Shown here one piece after another: positions 7,864 through 16,495 of a DNA stretch of 33,201 bases. Numbering within the stretch: the stretch's first letter is position 1; the number at the start of each line of letters is the position of its first letter. The stretch is taken from the NCBI GenBank assembly GCA_043809585.1, contig JBDROZ010000032.1:1-33201 (forward strand). The letters are read 5' to 3'. The position numbers and the translations under genes are program-made. The notes beneath the pieces are model-generated. The model did no database searches. It was not told the origin of the DNA and worked only from the letters and a program-made list of their open reading frames with translations. The stretch is from Candidatus Eiseniibacteriota bacterium (lineage in GTDB: Bacteria > Orphanbacterota > Orphanbacteria > Orphanbacterales > Orphanbacteraceae).

Positions 7864-9630
7864 CTACATCGCCTCCGGCGCGCCGACGCCGAGGAGATCG
7901 AGGCCGTTTCGAATGACCGTCCGCACCCCTCCCACCAGGGCGAGCCTCGCCCGGGTGACGGACTCGTCGTCGGTCACGATCTTCGCCTTGTGGTAGTAGG
8001 TGTGGAACTTGGCGGCGAGGTCCTGAAGGTACGCCGGGATCCTCTGGGGCTCCCGGGTCGCCGCCGCCATCTCCACCGTGTCCGGGAACGCGTCGAGGGT
8101 GCGGAGCAGATCGATCTCCCCTTCGTGGGCGAGGGGCCCGAGATCGACACCTTCCATCCGGCCGGAATCGACGCCCGCCGCCCGGGCGTGCTCGAAGACG
8201 CTGCAAATCCGGGCGTGGGCGTACTGCACGTAGTAGACCGGGTTGTCCATGGTCTTGCTCTTGGCGAGATCGAGATCGAAATTGAGATGGGTGTTCGGGC
8301 GGAGCCGGAGGAAGAAGAACCGCGCCGCGTCTGTTCCCACCTCGGCGATCAAATCATCGAGAGTGACGAACTCGCCCGCCCGCTTCGACATCTTCACGAC
8401 CTCGCCCCCGCGGAGCAGGTTCACCTGTTGGATGATCATGATCTCGAGCCAGCCCTCCTCCTTGCCGAGGGCGGAGACGGCGCCCATCATCCGCGGAATA
8501 TGGCCGTGGTGATCCGGTCCCAGGATGTCGATGACCCGGTCGTACCCCCGCTTCCCTTTGTTCCGGTGGTAGGCGATGTCGGCGAGGAAGTAGGTCGGCT
8601 CGCCGCTCCCGCGGACGATCACTCGGTCCTCGTCGTCCCCGAAGGCGGTGGAGCGGAACCACCGGGCTCCCTCCTTCTCATAGACGTGCCCCGCGGCGTC
8701 GAGCTCGGCGAGGGTCTCTTCCACCTCGCCGGAGAAGTGAAGCTCCGACTCCCGGAACCAGGTCCGGTACCGGACCGAGAAGGCCTCGAATGTCTCCCGC
8801 TGGCTCCGGATCATCTTCTCCACGGCCCAGACCCGGAGGATCTCCCTGAACGCCTCCCGGGTGACGGGCGCGGGAAGGGTCCCGGCGACCGCCCGGGCCG
8901 CTTCCTCCGCGGGGCCCGCCTCCCCCGAGGCGAGGGCGGCCGAGGCGCGGACGATCGGCCCGATGTCGTCGTCGGCGGCTCCCGACTCGTCCAATCGCAC
9001 GAGGGGGGCGAAGACCCTTTCCGATTCCCGCGCGAGGTCCCTCACGTACTCGCCCCGGTACCCTTCGGCGGGGAAATCCCCGGCCGCCCCCTCCCGGTAC
9101 CAGAGAATCGTCTCGGCGAGATGGGAGACCTGGGAGCCCTGGTCGTTGACGTAAAACTCCCGGTCCACCTCGATTCCGGTCGCCTCCAAGAGCCGGGCGA
9201 GGGTGTCCCCCACCGCGGCGGCCCGGGCGCTCACTACGTTGAGAGGCCCGGTCGGGTTCGCGCTGACGAACTCGATCTGCTGCCGGGAGCGTCGGGGCCC
9301 TTCGGCGCGGCCGAAGTCCCTCCCCTTCTCGATCACCCGGGCGAGAACGTCGTGATAGGCGCCGGCGTGGAGGAAGAGGTTGATGAAACCGGGCCCGGCG
9401 ATCTCCACCCTCCGGAAGAGAGGGTCCTTCTCGAGGTCTCCGGCGATCTCGGCGGCGATCTCCCGGGGGGGGCGGCGGAGTGGTTTGGCGAGCAGGAGGG
9501 CGGCGTTCACCGCCAGGTCGCCGTGGTCCTTTTCCCGCGCCGCTTCGACGCGGACGCCCGAGAGGTCCCCCTCCGGGTAGCGCCCCCGGAGAACGGCGAG
9601 CACCCTCTTTTCCACCCGCTCCCGAAGCAC
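7864..9630 (-). CDS. argS: Arginine--tRNA ligase
   Basis: IAGPGFIN, EFVSANPTGPL, EFYVND, GPDHHGH, KMSKRAG and YVQYAHARICS motifs; ends LGVGAPEAM. Confidence 0.97.
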   Translation of the reverse strand: MLRERVEKRVLAVLRGRYPEGDLSGVRVEAAREKDHGDLAVNAALLLAKPLRRPPREIAAEIAGDLEKDPLFRRVEIAGPGFINLFLHAGAYHDVLARVIEKGRDFGRAEGPRRSRQQIEFVSANPTGPLNVVSARAAAVGDTLARLLEATGIEVDREFYVNDQGSQVSHLAETILWYREGAAGDFPAEGYRGEYVRDLARESERVFAPLVRLDESGAADDDIGPIVRASAALASGEAGPAEEAARAVAGTLPAPVTREAFREILRVWAVEKMIRSQRETFEAFSVRYRTWFRESELHFSGEVEETLAELDAAGHVYEKEGARWFRSTAFGDDEDRVIVRGSGEPTYFLADIAYHRNKGKRGYDRVIDILGPDHHGHIPRMMGAVSALGKEEGWLEIMIIQQVNLLRGGEVVKMSKRAGEFVTLDDLIAEVGTDAARFFFLRLRPNTHLNFDLDLAKSKTMDNPVYYVQYAHARICSVFEHARAAGVDSGRMEGVDLGPLAHEGEIDLLRTLDAFPDTVEMAAATREPQRIPAYLQDLAAKFHTYYHKAKIVTDDESVTRARLALVGGVRTVIRNGLDLLGVGAPEAM

Positions 9631-9634
9631 GGCT

Positions 9635-10009
9635 CTAGTCCTCGACTTTTTCGATGGCTGCGTCGCCCCACAAGCGTTCGAGTCCGTAGAACTCCCGGAT
9701 ATCCCCGAGGAAGACGTGGATGACCACGTCGATGCAATCGAGGAGCACCCACCGCCGCTCCTGGTATCCCTCGACGTGGCTGATGCGGACGCCCCGGCCC
9801 TCGAGCCCGTCCACGACGGCGTCGGCGATCGCCCGGACTTGGACGTCCGTCTCGCCGCTCCCGATCACGAAGAAATCGGTGGCGCTCGAAAGGGAGCGGA
9901 GGTCGAGAATCAGCACGTCCTCCGCCTTTCGGGAGAGCATCGCCTCCGCGGCGTGGCGGGCGATTTCGATGGCGGGCGGAGCCGCCTGACCCTTTTCGGG
10001 CTTCGTCAT
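9635..10009 (-). CDS. rsfS: Ribosome silencing factor (Iojap/RsfS)
   Basis: KAEDVLILDL, DFFVIGSG, WVLLD...VIHVF and REFYGLERLWGD motifs. Confidence 0.95.
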   Translation of the reverse strand: MTKPEKGQAAPPAIEIARHAAEAMLSRKAEDVLILDLRSLSSATDFFVIGSGETDVQVRAIADAVVDGLEGRGVRISHVEGYQERRWVLLDCIDVVIHVFLGDIREFYGLERLWGDAAIEKVED

Positions 10010-10087
10010 GATCGGAGTCCTCGGGTCCCGGGGGGACCGGACGAAGGAGACGTGAAAAAGCACCATACCACACGTCCGAAAAGCCCC

Positions 10088-12400
10088 TCAAGGAAAAGGC
10101 CGGGGTCGGGCCGGCAGCTCCGTTTCGAGGCGTGGACTCTCCGGACGGGTTCCCGTGACGAGGAGATGGCGGCCGTCGGTTCGCACCGTCACGCCGCCGT
10201 GCCGGTCGGTCCGGAAGAGAGGGACGCCCACGGCGGAGAGCCGCCGCAGGGGCGCTTCGTGGGGATGCCCGTACCGGTTGCGGAGGCCCGCGGAGACGAT
10301 CGCCGCCCGGGGACGGGCTTCCCTGAGAAACGGGGTGGTCGCGCCGTCCCGGGCCCCGTGATGAGGGAGGAGGAGAACCGAGAGACGGCGGGCGCCTCCC
10401 CGCCGCCGCAGGTGCTCCTCGATTCGGGGGGGGGCGTCCCCGGGAAAGAGCATGGAGAACCGGCGGTACCGGAGAAGGAGCACGAGGGAAGACTCATTGC
10501 TCTCGCCGGCGGGGGCGCGGCCCGCCGGCGCGTAGAGCGCCTCGATCGTGACGCCCCGGCGGAAGCGGAGGACCGCTCCGGGCAGGAGGGCGCGCCACGT
10601 CCGTCCGCCGAACGCCGCCAGGGAATCGTAGCGGGCGTGAAGCGGTCCTTCCCGCGCGTGGCCTCCGTCCGCGACGCGGCGAATCGCGGACGCCTCGAAG
10701 AGGGCGAGGGCTCCTCCCATATGGTCCCCGTCGGGATGGGAGATCAGGGCGAGATCGACGGGCGCGGCCCCGCGGCGCCGGAGGAAGGGGAGAACCACCC
10801 GGGCCCCGCCGTCCCAACCCTCCGAACGAGGCCCCGCGTCGAAGAGAACCGTCTCCCCCCCGGGGAACTCCGCGAGGGCGGCGGAACCCTGGCCGACATC
10901 GATGACGATGATCCGGAGGGGCGGGTCGCCGCGAAGGGGGATCAGGAAGAGGAGGGGGACCAGAGGAAGGAGGAGAAGAAGAGGACCGCCCCGGGGAAGG
11001 CGTCGCCGGAGCGGCGTCAGGAAGAGGAGGAGAAGCGAGAGGGCGATCGGATCGGCCGTTTCCGGAGGGAGGTGAGGGGGACCGGGCAGCCGTTCCCTCG
11101 CCCGGTCGACGAATCCGGCGAGGAGGGCGAGGGCCCCCCATGTCCCGCTCTCAAGGATGCCGTCCCCCCGCGGAATCCAGGGGCCAAGAACGACCCACGC
11201 CGACCCGGCGGCGATGGCGAGGGCCGCGAGCGGCGAGGCGGCGAGGGTGAGGGGCGCGCCGAAGGGGGCGAGGGTCCCGAAATGATGAAGGGTGGCCGGC
11301 GCGGTCGCCGTCTGGGCGGCGAGGCCGACGAGCAGGGGGACCGCGATCCAGCGGAGAAGCGGGCGGCGGGCGAGCCGGGCGGCCCGGGGGAGCACGGCGG
11401 CGATGCCGGCGGCGGCGGAGAAGGTGAGGCGGAAGGAGATCTCCCACGGCGCGGCGGGGTCGGCGGCGGTCGCGGCGAGGGCGGCGAAGCCGAGGGCGTT
11501 CCACCGGTCGATCGGCCTCTCGATGGCGCGGCTTCCCGCCATGAGGGTGGCGACCGCGAGGGCCCGAAAGAGGGAGACCGGGAGGTGGGCGGCGGCGCCG
11601 AAGATCCAGAGGATCGCCACGGCCGATGCGGGGCGTATCCGCCGGGGGAGCGGGAGAAGCGAGAGGGGGGCCGCGACGACTCCGTAGAAGAGGCCGAGGT
11701 GGAGCCCGGAGAGGGCGAGGAGGTGGGCCAGGCCGGTCTCGCGGAAGGCGCCCACGAGCTCCGGATCGAGCCGGTCCCGGCGGCCCAGGAAGAGTGCGAG
11801 AAAGAGGCCTTCCTCCCGCCCGGCGAGGCGCCGTCCCCCCTCTTCCAGAGCGGCCCGGAACGGACCGAGGGGCGATTCATCCCCGGAGGCCCGGACGGAG
11901 TCGGCCTGGATCAGGACCGCGCATCCCTTCCGGCGGGGGATGGCGTAGAAATCGGGGTCGCCGGGGTTCCGGGGGCCCGGAAAATCCGACACCCGTCCGG
12001 TCCCCTCGACTCTCCCCTCCCGGGGGACCGCCCCCGCCGCTTCCGGAGGCCGGAGAAGCGCGAGGCGCCCGGCCAGAGGGCCTCCGTCGAGGTGGAGCAG
12101 GCGGAGGTCGCCCCCCGAACCGCTCCCCCTGATGCGACCCGCGAAACGGAATGGCCCTTCCGGCGTCGGGTGTTCGGGATGGGTGGGGAGTTCCCCGTGG
12201 AGGAGGCCGAGGCTGGGAACGAGGAGGTGGAGGGCGATGAAGGCGGTGCGGCGCCGTCCGGCGGCCCCGGCCGCGGCGAAAAGCGCCAGGGCCGCGACCG
12301 GCGCCCCGAAGAGGAGCGCCGGGGGGAGGTCGGTCCGGTCGGCCGCGAGGAGTCCGGGCAGGAGAAGTAGGAAGGCACGAAGGGCGGGTCTTCTTTTCAT
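10088..12400 (-). CDS. comEC: DNA internalisation competence protein ComEC/Rec2
   Basis: RNPG motif, GLAHLLALSGLH competence domain, many hydrophobic segments, and a C-terminal metallo-beta-lactamase domain (DVGQG, SHPDGDH, PHHG, NRYGHPH). Start is approximate. Confidence 0.93.
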   Translation of the reverse strand: MKRRPALRAFLLLLPGLLAADRTDLPPALLFGAPVAALALFAAAGAAGRRRTAFIALHLLVPSLGLLHGELPTHPEHPTPEGPFRFAGRIRGSGSGGDLRLLHLDGGPLAGRLALLRPPEAAGAVPREGRVEGTGRVSDFPGPRNPGDPDFYAIPRRKGCAVLIQADSVRASGDESPLGPFRAALEEGGRRLAGREEGLFLALFLGRRDRLDPELVGAFRETGLAHLLALSGLHLGLFYGVVAAPLSLLPLPRRIRPASAVAILWIFGAAAHLPVSLFRALAVATLMAGSRAIERPIDRWNALGFAALAATAADPAAPWEISFRLTFSAAAGIAAVLPRAARLARRPLLRWIAVPLLVGLAAQTATAPATLHHFGTLAPFGAPLTLAASPLAALAIAAGSAWVVLGPWIPRGDGILESGTWGALALLAGFVDRARERLPGPPHLPPETADPIALSLLLLFLTPLRRRLPRGGPLLLLLPLVPLLFLIPLRGDPPLRIIVIDVGQGSAALAEFPGGETVLFDAGPRSEGWDGGARVVLPFLRRRGAAPVDLALISHPDGDHMGGALALFEASAIRRVADGGHAREGPLHARYDSLAAFGGRTWRALLPGAVLRFRRGVTIEALYAPAGRAPAGESNESSLVLLLRYRRFSMLFPGDAPPRIEEHLRRRGGARRLSVLLLPHHGARDGATTPFLREARPRAAIVSAGLRNRYGHPHEAPLRRLSAVGVPLFRTDRHGGVTVRTDGRHLLVTGTRPESPRLETELPARPRPFP

Positions 12401-12469
12401 GAGGATTGGGGGTGGGAATGAGCGGGTCCCGGCCTCGCGAACCGCCTCCCCGGCTTCCCTGAGACATTC

Positions 12470-12484
12470 GCAAGTGTCGTGCCT
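12470..12484 (-). promoter_or_regulatory. Putative sigma54 (-24/-12) promoter upstream of comEC
   Basis: Minus strand AGGCACGACACTTGC matches GGCAC-N5-TTGC, about 70 bp upstream of the inferred comEC start. Confidence 0.65.
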
Positions 12485-12696
12485 CTTCCCCCTGGCTCCC
12501 CGTCCCCGCGTCAAAGTCCTACGCGGCGGAGACCTGCCACCCCCCTCTTCTCGATGCCCGTCGCGGCCGGGGCCATGGCCTGGACGGTCCTCCGTCCCCG
12601 CCGGCCAAGGGATGGGCGCGATTCCACGGGCTCCCTTTGTTATGATCAATGGCACCGGACCCGTTCCGGGATGATCCGTTTTCCGAGGAGGAATCG

Positions 12697-13701
12697 ATGG
12701 CGCGAAGGCTCACCCTCACCGAGTACATCAATGAAGAGGAGAGGAAGCATCCCGGCGCGACGGGGGATTTCACCAGCACCCTCTCCGATGTCTCCCTGGC
12801 GGCGAAGCTGGTCGCCCGGGAGGTGCGCTCCGCCGGTCTCGGCGACGTCCTCGGCGCGGCCGGGTCGACGAACGTCTCGGGGGACGATGTGAAGAAGCTC
12901 GACCTCTTCGCGCACAGGACCTTCGTGAACGTCATGGAGCGGGGGGGGCATCTCTGTGTGATGGCGTCCGAGGAATGGTCGGACCCGATCCCGATCCCGG
13001 ACGCCTATCCTCAAGGGAAATACGTGCTCGTCTTCGATCCTCTCGACGGCTCGTCGAATATCGAAGGAAACGTGGGGGTCGGGACGATCTTCGCCATCTT
13101 CGGGCGGGTCACCGAAGGGGGCAAGGGGGACATCGAGGACCTTCTCCAGTCGGGCCGGAAGCTCCTCTGTGCGGGCTACGTGATCTACGGATCGAGCACC
13201 ATGATCGTCTACTCCACGGGCGTCGGCGTTCACGGCTTCACCCTCGACCCGACGATCGGCTCCTTCATCCTCTCCCACGAGAACATCCGCACCCCGGAGC
13301 GGGGCCGGATCCTGAGCGTGAACGAGGGGAACCAGTCCCGCTGGAGCGACGAGACCCGAGCCTACGTGGAGCATATGAAATCACCGGACAGGGGAAGCGG
13401 CCGGCCGTACACCTCCCGGTATGTCGGATCCCTGGTGGTCGATTTTCACCGGAACATGCTCTACGGGGGTATTTACCTCTACCCGGAGGACACCAGGAAT
13501 CCGAAGGGGAAGCTCCGGCTTCTCTACGAGGCGGCCCCTCTCGCCTACCTCGCCGAGCAGGCGGGGGGCCTCGCGTCGACCGGACGGGAGCCGATCTTGG
13601 ACGTGGTTCCCGCGGAGCTCCACCAGCGGGTGCCCCTCATCATCGGCTCCGCCGATGACGTGCGCCTCTACGAGAAGTTCCTGCGCGGCGAACGGCCGTA
13701 G
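12697..13701 (+). CDS. fbp: Class 1 fructose-1,6-bisphosphatase
   Basis: KKLD, ASEE, FDPLDGSSN, GYVIYGSST, RYVGSLVVDFHR and KLRLLYE motifs; strong SD (GAGGAGG) before the ATG at 12697; TGtTATGAT extended -10 at 12638-12646. Confidence 0.97.
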   Translation: MARRLTLTEYINEEERKHPGATGDFTSTLSDVSLAAKLVAREVRSAGLGDVLGAAGSTNVSGDDVKKLDLFAHRTFVNVMERGGHLCVMASEEWSDPIPIPDAYPQGKYVLVFDPLDGSSNIEGNVGVGTIFAIFGRVTEGGKGDIEDLLQSGRKLLCAGYVIYGSSTMIVYSTGVGVHGFTLDPTIGSFILSHENIRTPERGRILSVNEGNQSRWSDETRAYVEHMKSPDRGSGRPYTSRYVGSLVVDFHRNMLYGGIYLYPEDTRNPKGKLRLLYEAAPLAYLAEQAGGLASTGREPILDVVPAELHQRVPLIIGSADDVRLYEKFLRGERP

Positions 13702-13851
13702 GATTCCTCCGTCTCGCGGGGTACCGATTCCTTTCGGCACCGTCATTCCTTCTTCACCCGAACCTCTACTCCGGTCGCTCTTCCGGCCCCCGGGCCGACG
13801 AGGATCCCGTTTTGGGACATTCCCGTAGTGGGGGCGGAGAAGCCGGGGGGA

Positions 13852-14031
13852 AGCCCACGGTTCTCGACGGGTTCCGTTACGAGGCTACGAATCGCGTGGC
13901 GAGAAGCCGACTTGGACGAGCCGCTCCCGGAGGCGGGGCCCAAGCCCCGTTGAGGAAGCGGCGACGGAAAAGAGGCTTCGCAGACCGCGAGTCGCGGCCG
14001 CAGTAGGAACCCGGAGAGAAACGTGGGCTAG
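13852..14031. repeat. ~180-nt imperfect palindromic intergenic element (family A)
   Basis: 13852-13875 is an imperfect inverted repeat of 14006-14029; nested inner stems; 13944-14008 matches 116-180 at 54/65 nt. Confidence 0.8.
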
Positions 14032-14186
14032 AAGAGCGTGTAGATGAACGGCGCGATGGCGGAGCCTTCGGTCAGCACGATGAGGAGGCTGAGGAGGACG
14101 AGGAGAATCAGGATCGGGGCGAGCCACCACTTCTTCCGGTGAAGCAGGAACTGGAAAAGCTCGCCGAGAATGGAGATCTTACCCAT
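14028..14186 (-). CDS. Small membrane protein, DUF5989-like (52 aa)
   Basis: MGKISILGELFQFLLHRKKWWLAPI...GSAIAPFIYTLF; RKKWWL and APFIYTLF are characteristic of the family; GAGGG SD. Confidence 0.88.
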   Translation of the reverse strand: MGKISILGELFQFLLHRKKWWLAPILILLVLLSLLIVLTEGSAIAPFIYTLF

Positions 14187-14198
14187 CGATCCCTCGTG

Positions 14199-14230
14199 AA
14201 AAGGCCCCCGGCCGGTTCGGTCGGGGGCCC
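14199..14230 (-). terminator. Putative intrinsic terminator after rplC
   Basis: Minus-strand hairpin GGCCCCCGACCG-AAC-CGGCCGGGGGCC followed by TTTT. Confidence 0.6.
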
Positions 14231-14248
14231 GCGATCGCTCTATCAAGG

Positions 14249-14902
14249 CTAGGCCTTCTTCGCGGCCTTCTTGACCGCCTTCCGGATGAAGACCATCCCG
14301 TTCCGCGCACCGGGGACCGCGCCCCGGATGTAGATGAGACTCTGATCCGGCTTCACGTCGAACACCTTCAGGGAGAGCGTCGTCGTGCGGACATTGCCCA
14401 TCTGACCGGGCATCTTCTTCCCCTTCAGGACACGTCCCGGCCAGGCGCACTGTCCGATCGACCCGCCGTGGCGGAAGTACTCGTGGGTGCCGTGGGTCGC
14501 GTTCTTCCCGGAGAAGCCGTGCCGTTTGATGACGCCGGCAAAGCCCTTCCCCTTCGAGGTGCCGGTCACGTCGACGAAGTCGCCCGCCGCGAACATGTCC
14601 ACCGTGATCGACCCGCCGACCTCGTGCCCCTCCGCCTCTTCCTCGGAGACCCGGATCTCCCGGAGCGTGCGGGTAGGCTCGACCCCGGCCTTGGCGAAGT
14701 GGCCCGCCCGGGGCTTGTTGGTGCTCGACTTCTTCCGCCGCCCGTAGCCGATCTGAAGGGCGGTGTACCCGTCCTTCTCCTTCGTCTTCTTCTGAACGAT
14801 GGGGCAGGGCGGCACTTCGAGAACGGTGACGGGAACGACCCGCCCCTCTTCGTCGAAGCGCTGGGTCATCCCGACCTTCGTTCCCAGCGTGCCCATGGAC
14901 AT
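14249..14902 (-). CDS. rplC: 50S ribosomal protein L3
   Basis: GTKVGMTQ, DGYTALQIG, VDVTGTSKGKGFAGVIKRH, KGKKMPGQMG and GAVPG motifs; AGGAGG SD. Confidence 0.98.
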   Translation of the reverse strand: MSMGTLGTKVGMTQRFDEEGRVVPVTVLEVPPCPIVQKKTKEKDGYTALQIGYGRRKKSSTNKPRAGHFAKAGVEPTRTLREIRVSEEEAEGHEVGGSITVDMFAAGDFVDVTGTSKGKGFAGVIKRHGFSGKNATHGTHEYFRHGGSIGQCAWPGRVLKGKKMPGQMGNVRTTTLSLKVFDVKPDQSLIYIRGAVPGARNGMVFIRKAVKKAAKKA

Positions 14903-14946
14903 TCGAAACCTCCTGAAAATGCGGTTTTACGCAAGTTAGACTTGTA

Positions 14947-14975
14947 ATAGTCGCATTCGGCGGGGGGCTTGTCAA
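14947..14975 (-). promoter_or_regulatory. Putative sigma70 promoter of rplC
   Basis: TTGACA, 17-bp spacer, GACTAT with TGn extension. Confidence 0.55.
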
Positions 14976-15022
14976 GCCCTCAATCGCGAATGAGAGAGGC
15001 CCGCCGGGCCAGCGCCTCCCCC

Positions 15023-16495
15023 CTACTCCGGGACCGGATGGAAGGACTCACCCAGGGGGGGAAAATCGTTCAGGTCCTTCGCCACGGCGGCCCGGAGGAA
15101 CGAGTCGACCCACCAGAAGATATCGTGTTTCCGGATCGTCTGGCGGAGTTTTTTCATCCGGGCCCGGCGCTCCTCCGGGTTCATCCGGAATCCCCGGACG
15201 ATGGCGTCCCCGATCGCCTCCGAATCGAAGGGGTTCACGATAATCGCCCCCCGTTGGAGTTCGGCGGCGGCCCCCGCGAATTCGCTCAGAATGAGTACGC
15301 CGTTCTCCTCGAGGCTGCAGGCGCAGTACTCCTTCGCCACCAGGTTCATCCCGTCCCTGAGAGGGGTGATGAGGGCGATCTCGGCGGTCCGGTAGTAGCC
15401 GAGGAGCTGATCCCGGTCGAGGCTCCGGAAAATGTAGTGGATCGGCACCCAGCCGGAGCGGGTGAGGAGCCCGTTGATCTCCCCCACCAGGCTCTCGATC
15501 TCGATCTTGAGCGCCTGGTACTCGGGGATGTCCTCGCGGCTCGGCACCACGATCTGGACGAGAGTCACCCTCTCCATCATCTCCGGGTAACGGATCAGTG
15601 CCCTTCGGAAGGCCTCGAGCCTTTGGGGGATGCCCTTCGTGTAGTCGAGGCGGTCCACGCCGAGGATGATCTGGCGGTCGGGCAGGTTGTAGTGGATCTC
15701 CCAAGCCCGCTTCGCCGCCTCTTCCGATGCCGATTCCCTCACGAACGAATCGTAATCGATGCCGATGGGAAAGACGCCGAGTCGAGCCTCCCGGTCCCGG
15801 CAGAAAACGGTCACGACCCGCCCCTTTCCCTGGACCCGGACATCTTTGAACAGGGTCCGGAGACACTGCACGAAGTTGTGCCGGTCCCGAAGGGATTGGA
15901 ACCCGAGGAGATCGTACTGGAGCAGATCCTCGAGAACCTGGGCGCGCCAGGGGAGTTTCAGGAAGATGTCCGGCCCCGGGAACGGGATGTGGAGAAAGAA
16001 GCCGATGGGCCGATTCGCTCCCCTCTCCCGGAGCTCCCGGGCCGTGCTCATGAGATGGTAGTCGTGGACCCAGATCGTGTCGTCCGCCCCCGTACACTCC
16101 ATGATCACTTTCGCGAACTTGCGGTTCACCACGCCGTAGGTGGCCCAGTAGGAGGGGTCCATGTTGCAGCGCGTCGGCATGTCGTGAAAGAGGGGCCAGA
16201 GGATCTCGTTCGAGAAGCCGTGATAGAAGTCCCGCTCCTCCTCCGGGGTCAGGACCACGGGACGAAGGTCGTACCCCGTCTCCCGCCCGGCCTCCGCGAG
16301 GAGGCCCCCGAGATCGACGTCCGCCGACGTACCCGGCCATCCGATCCAGAGACCGCCCCGGTTCCGTAGAATCGGGGCCATGGCGGTGACGAGGCCCCCC
16401 GAGCCCGGACGGACGCTCCAACGGCCGTCCGTCTTGTGCGCGACGGCGGGGAGGCGGTTCGAAACCACCGCCAATCGGCCTTCGAGGGGTGTCAT
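15023..16495 (-). CDS. otsA: Trehalose-6-phosphate synthase (GT20)
   Basis: VSNRLP, GGLV, LWPLFH, WVHDYHL, GFFLHIPFP, DRLDYTKGI, DGMNLVAKEY and LSEFAGAA motifs; ATG overlaps the otsB stop. Confidence 0.96.
   Translation of the reverse strand: MTPLEGRLAVVSNRLPAVAHKTDGRWSVRPGSGGLVTAMAPILRNRGGLWIGWPGTSADVDLGGLLAEAGRETGYDLRPVVLTPEEERDFYHGFSNEILWPLFHDMPTRCNMDPSYWATYGVVNRKFAKVIMECTGADDTIWVHDYHLMSTARELRERGANRPIGFFLHIPFPGPDIFLKLPWRAQVLEDLLQYDLLGFQSLRDRHNFVQCLRTLFKDVRVQGKGRVVTVFCRDREARLGVFPIGIDYDSFVRESASEEAAKRAWEIHYNLPDRQIILGVDRLDYTKGIPQRLEAFRRALIRYPEMMERVTLVQIVVPSREDIPEYQALKIEIESLVGEINGLLTRSGWVPIHYIFRSLDRDQLLGYYRTAEIALITPLRDGMNLVAKEYCACSLEENGVLILSEFAGAAAELQRGAIIVNPFDSEAIGDAIVRGFRMNPEERRARMKKLRQTIRKHDIFWWVDSFLRAAVAKDLNDFPPLGESFHPVPE

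Noticed and set aside
7813-12370. Long plus-strand ORFs (636 aa and 884 aa, and similar ones at 5066-6679, 14969-16369 and 17237-19267)
   Set aside because: Antisense shadows of clearly recognisable minus-strand genes; expected in high-GC DNA; no motifs.
13852-14031. ~180-nt rod as 6S RNA
   Set aside because: The size fits, but a related copy occurs elsewhere in the window with the same stop-codon-abutting end, which favours a dispersed repeat; an Rfam scan would settle it.
14028-14975. 315-aa ORF overlapping rplC
   Set aside because: Only the last 52 codons are protein-like; the rest is an alternative frame of rplC.
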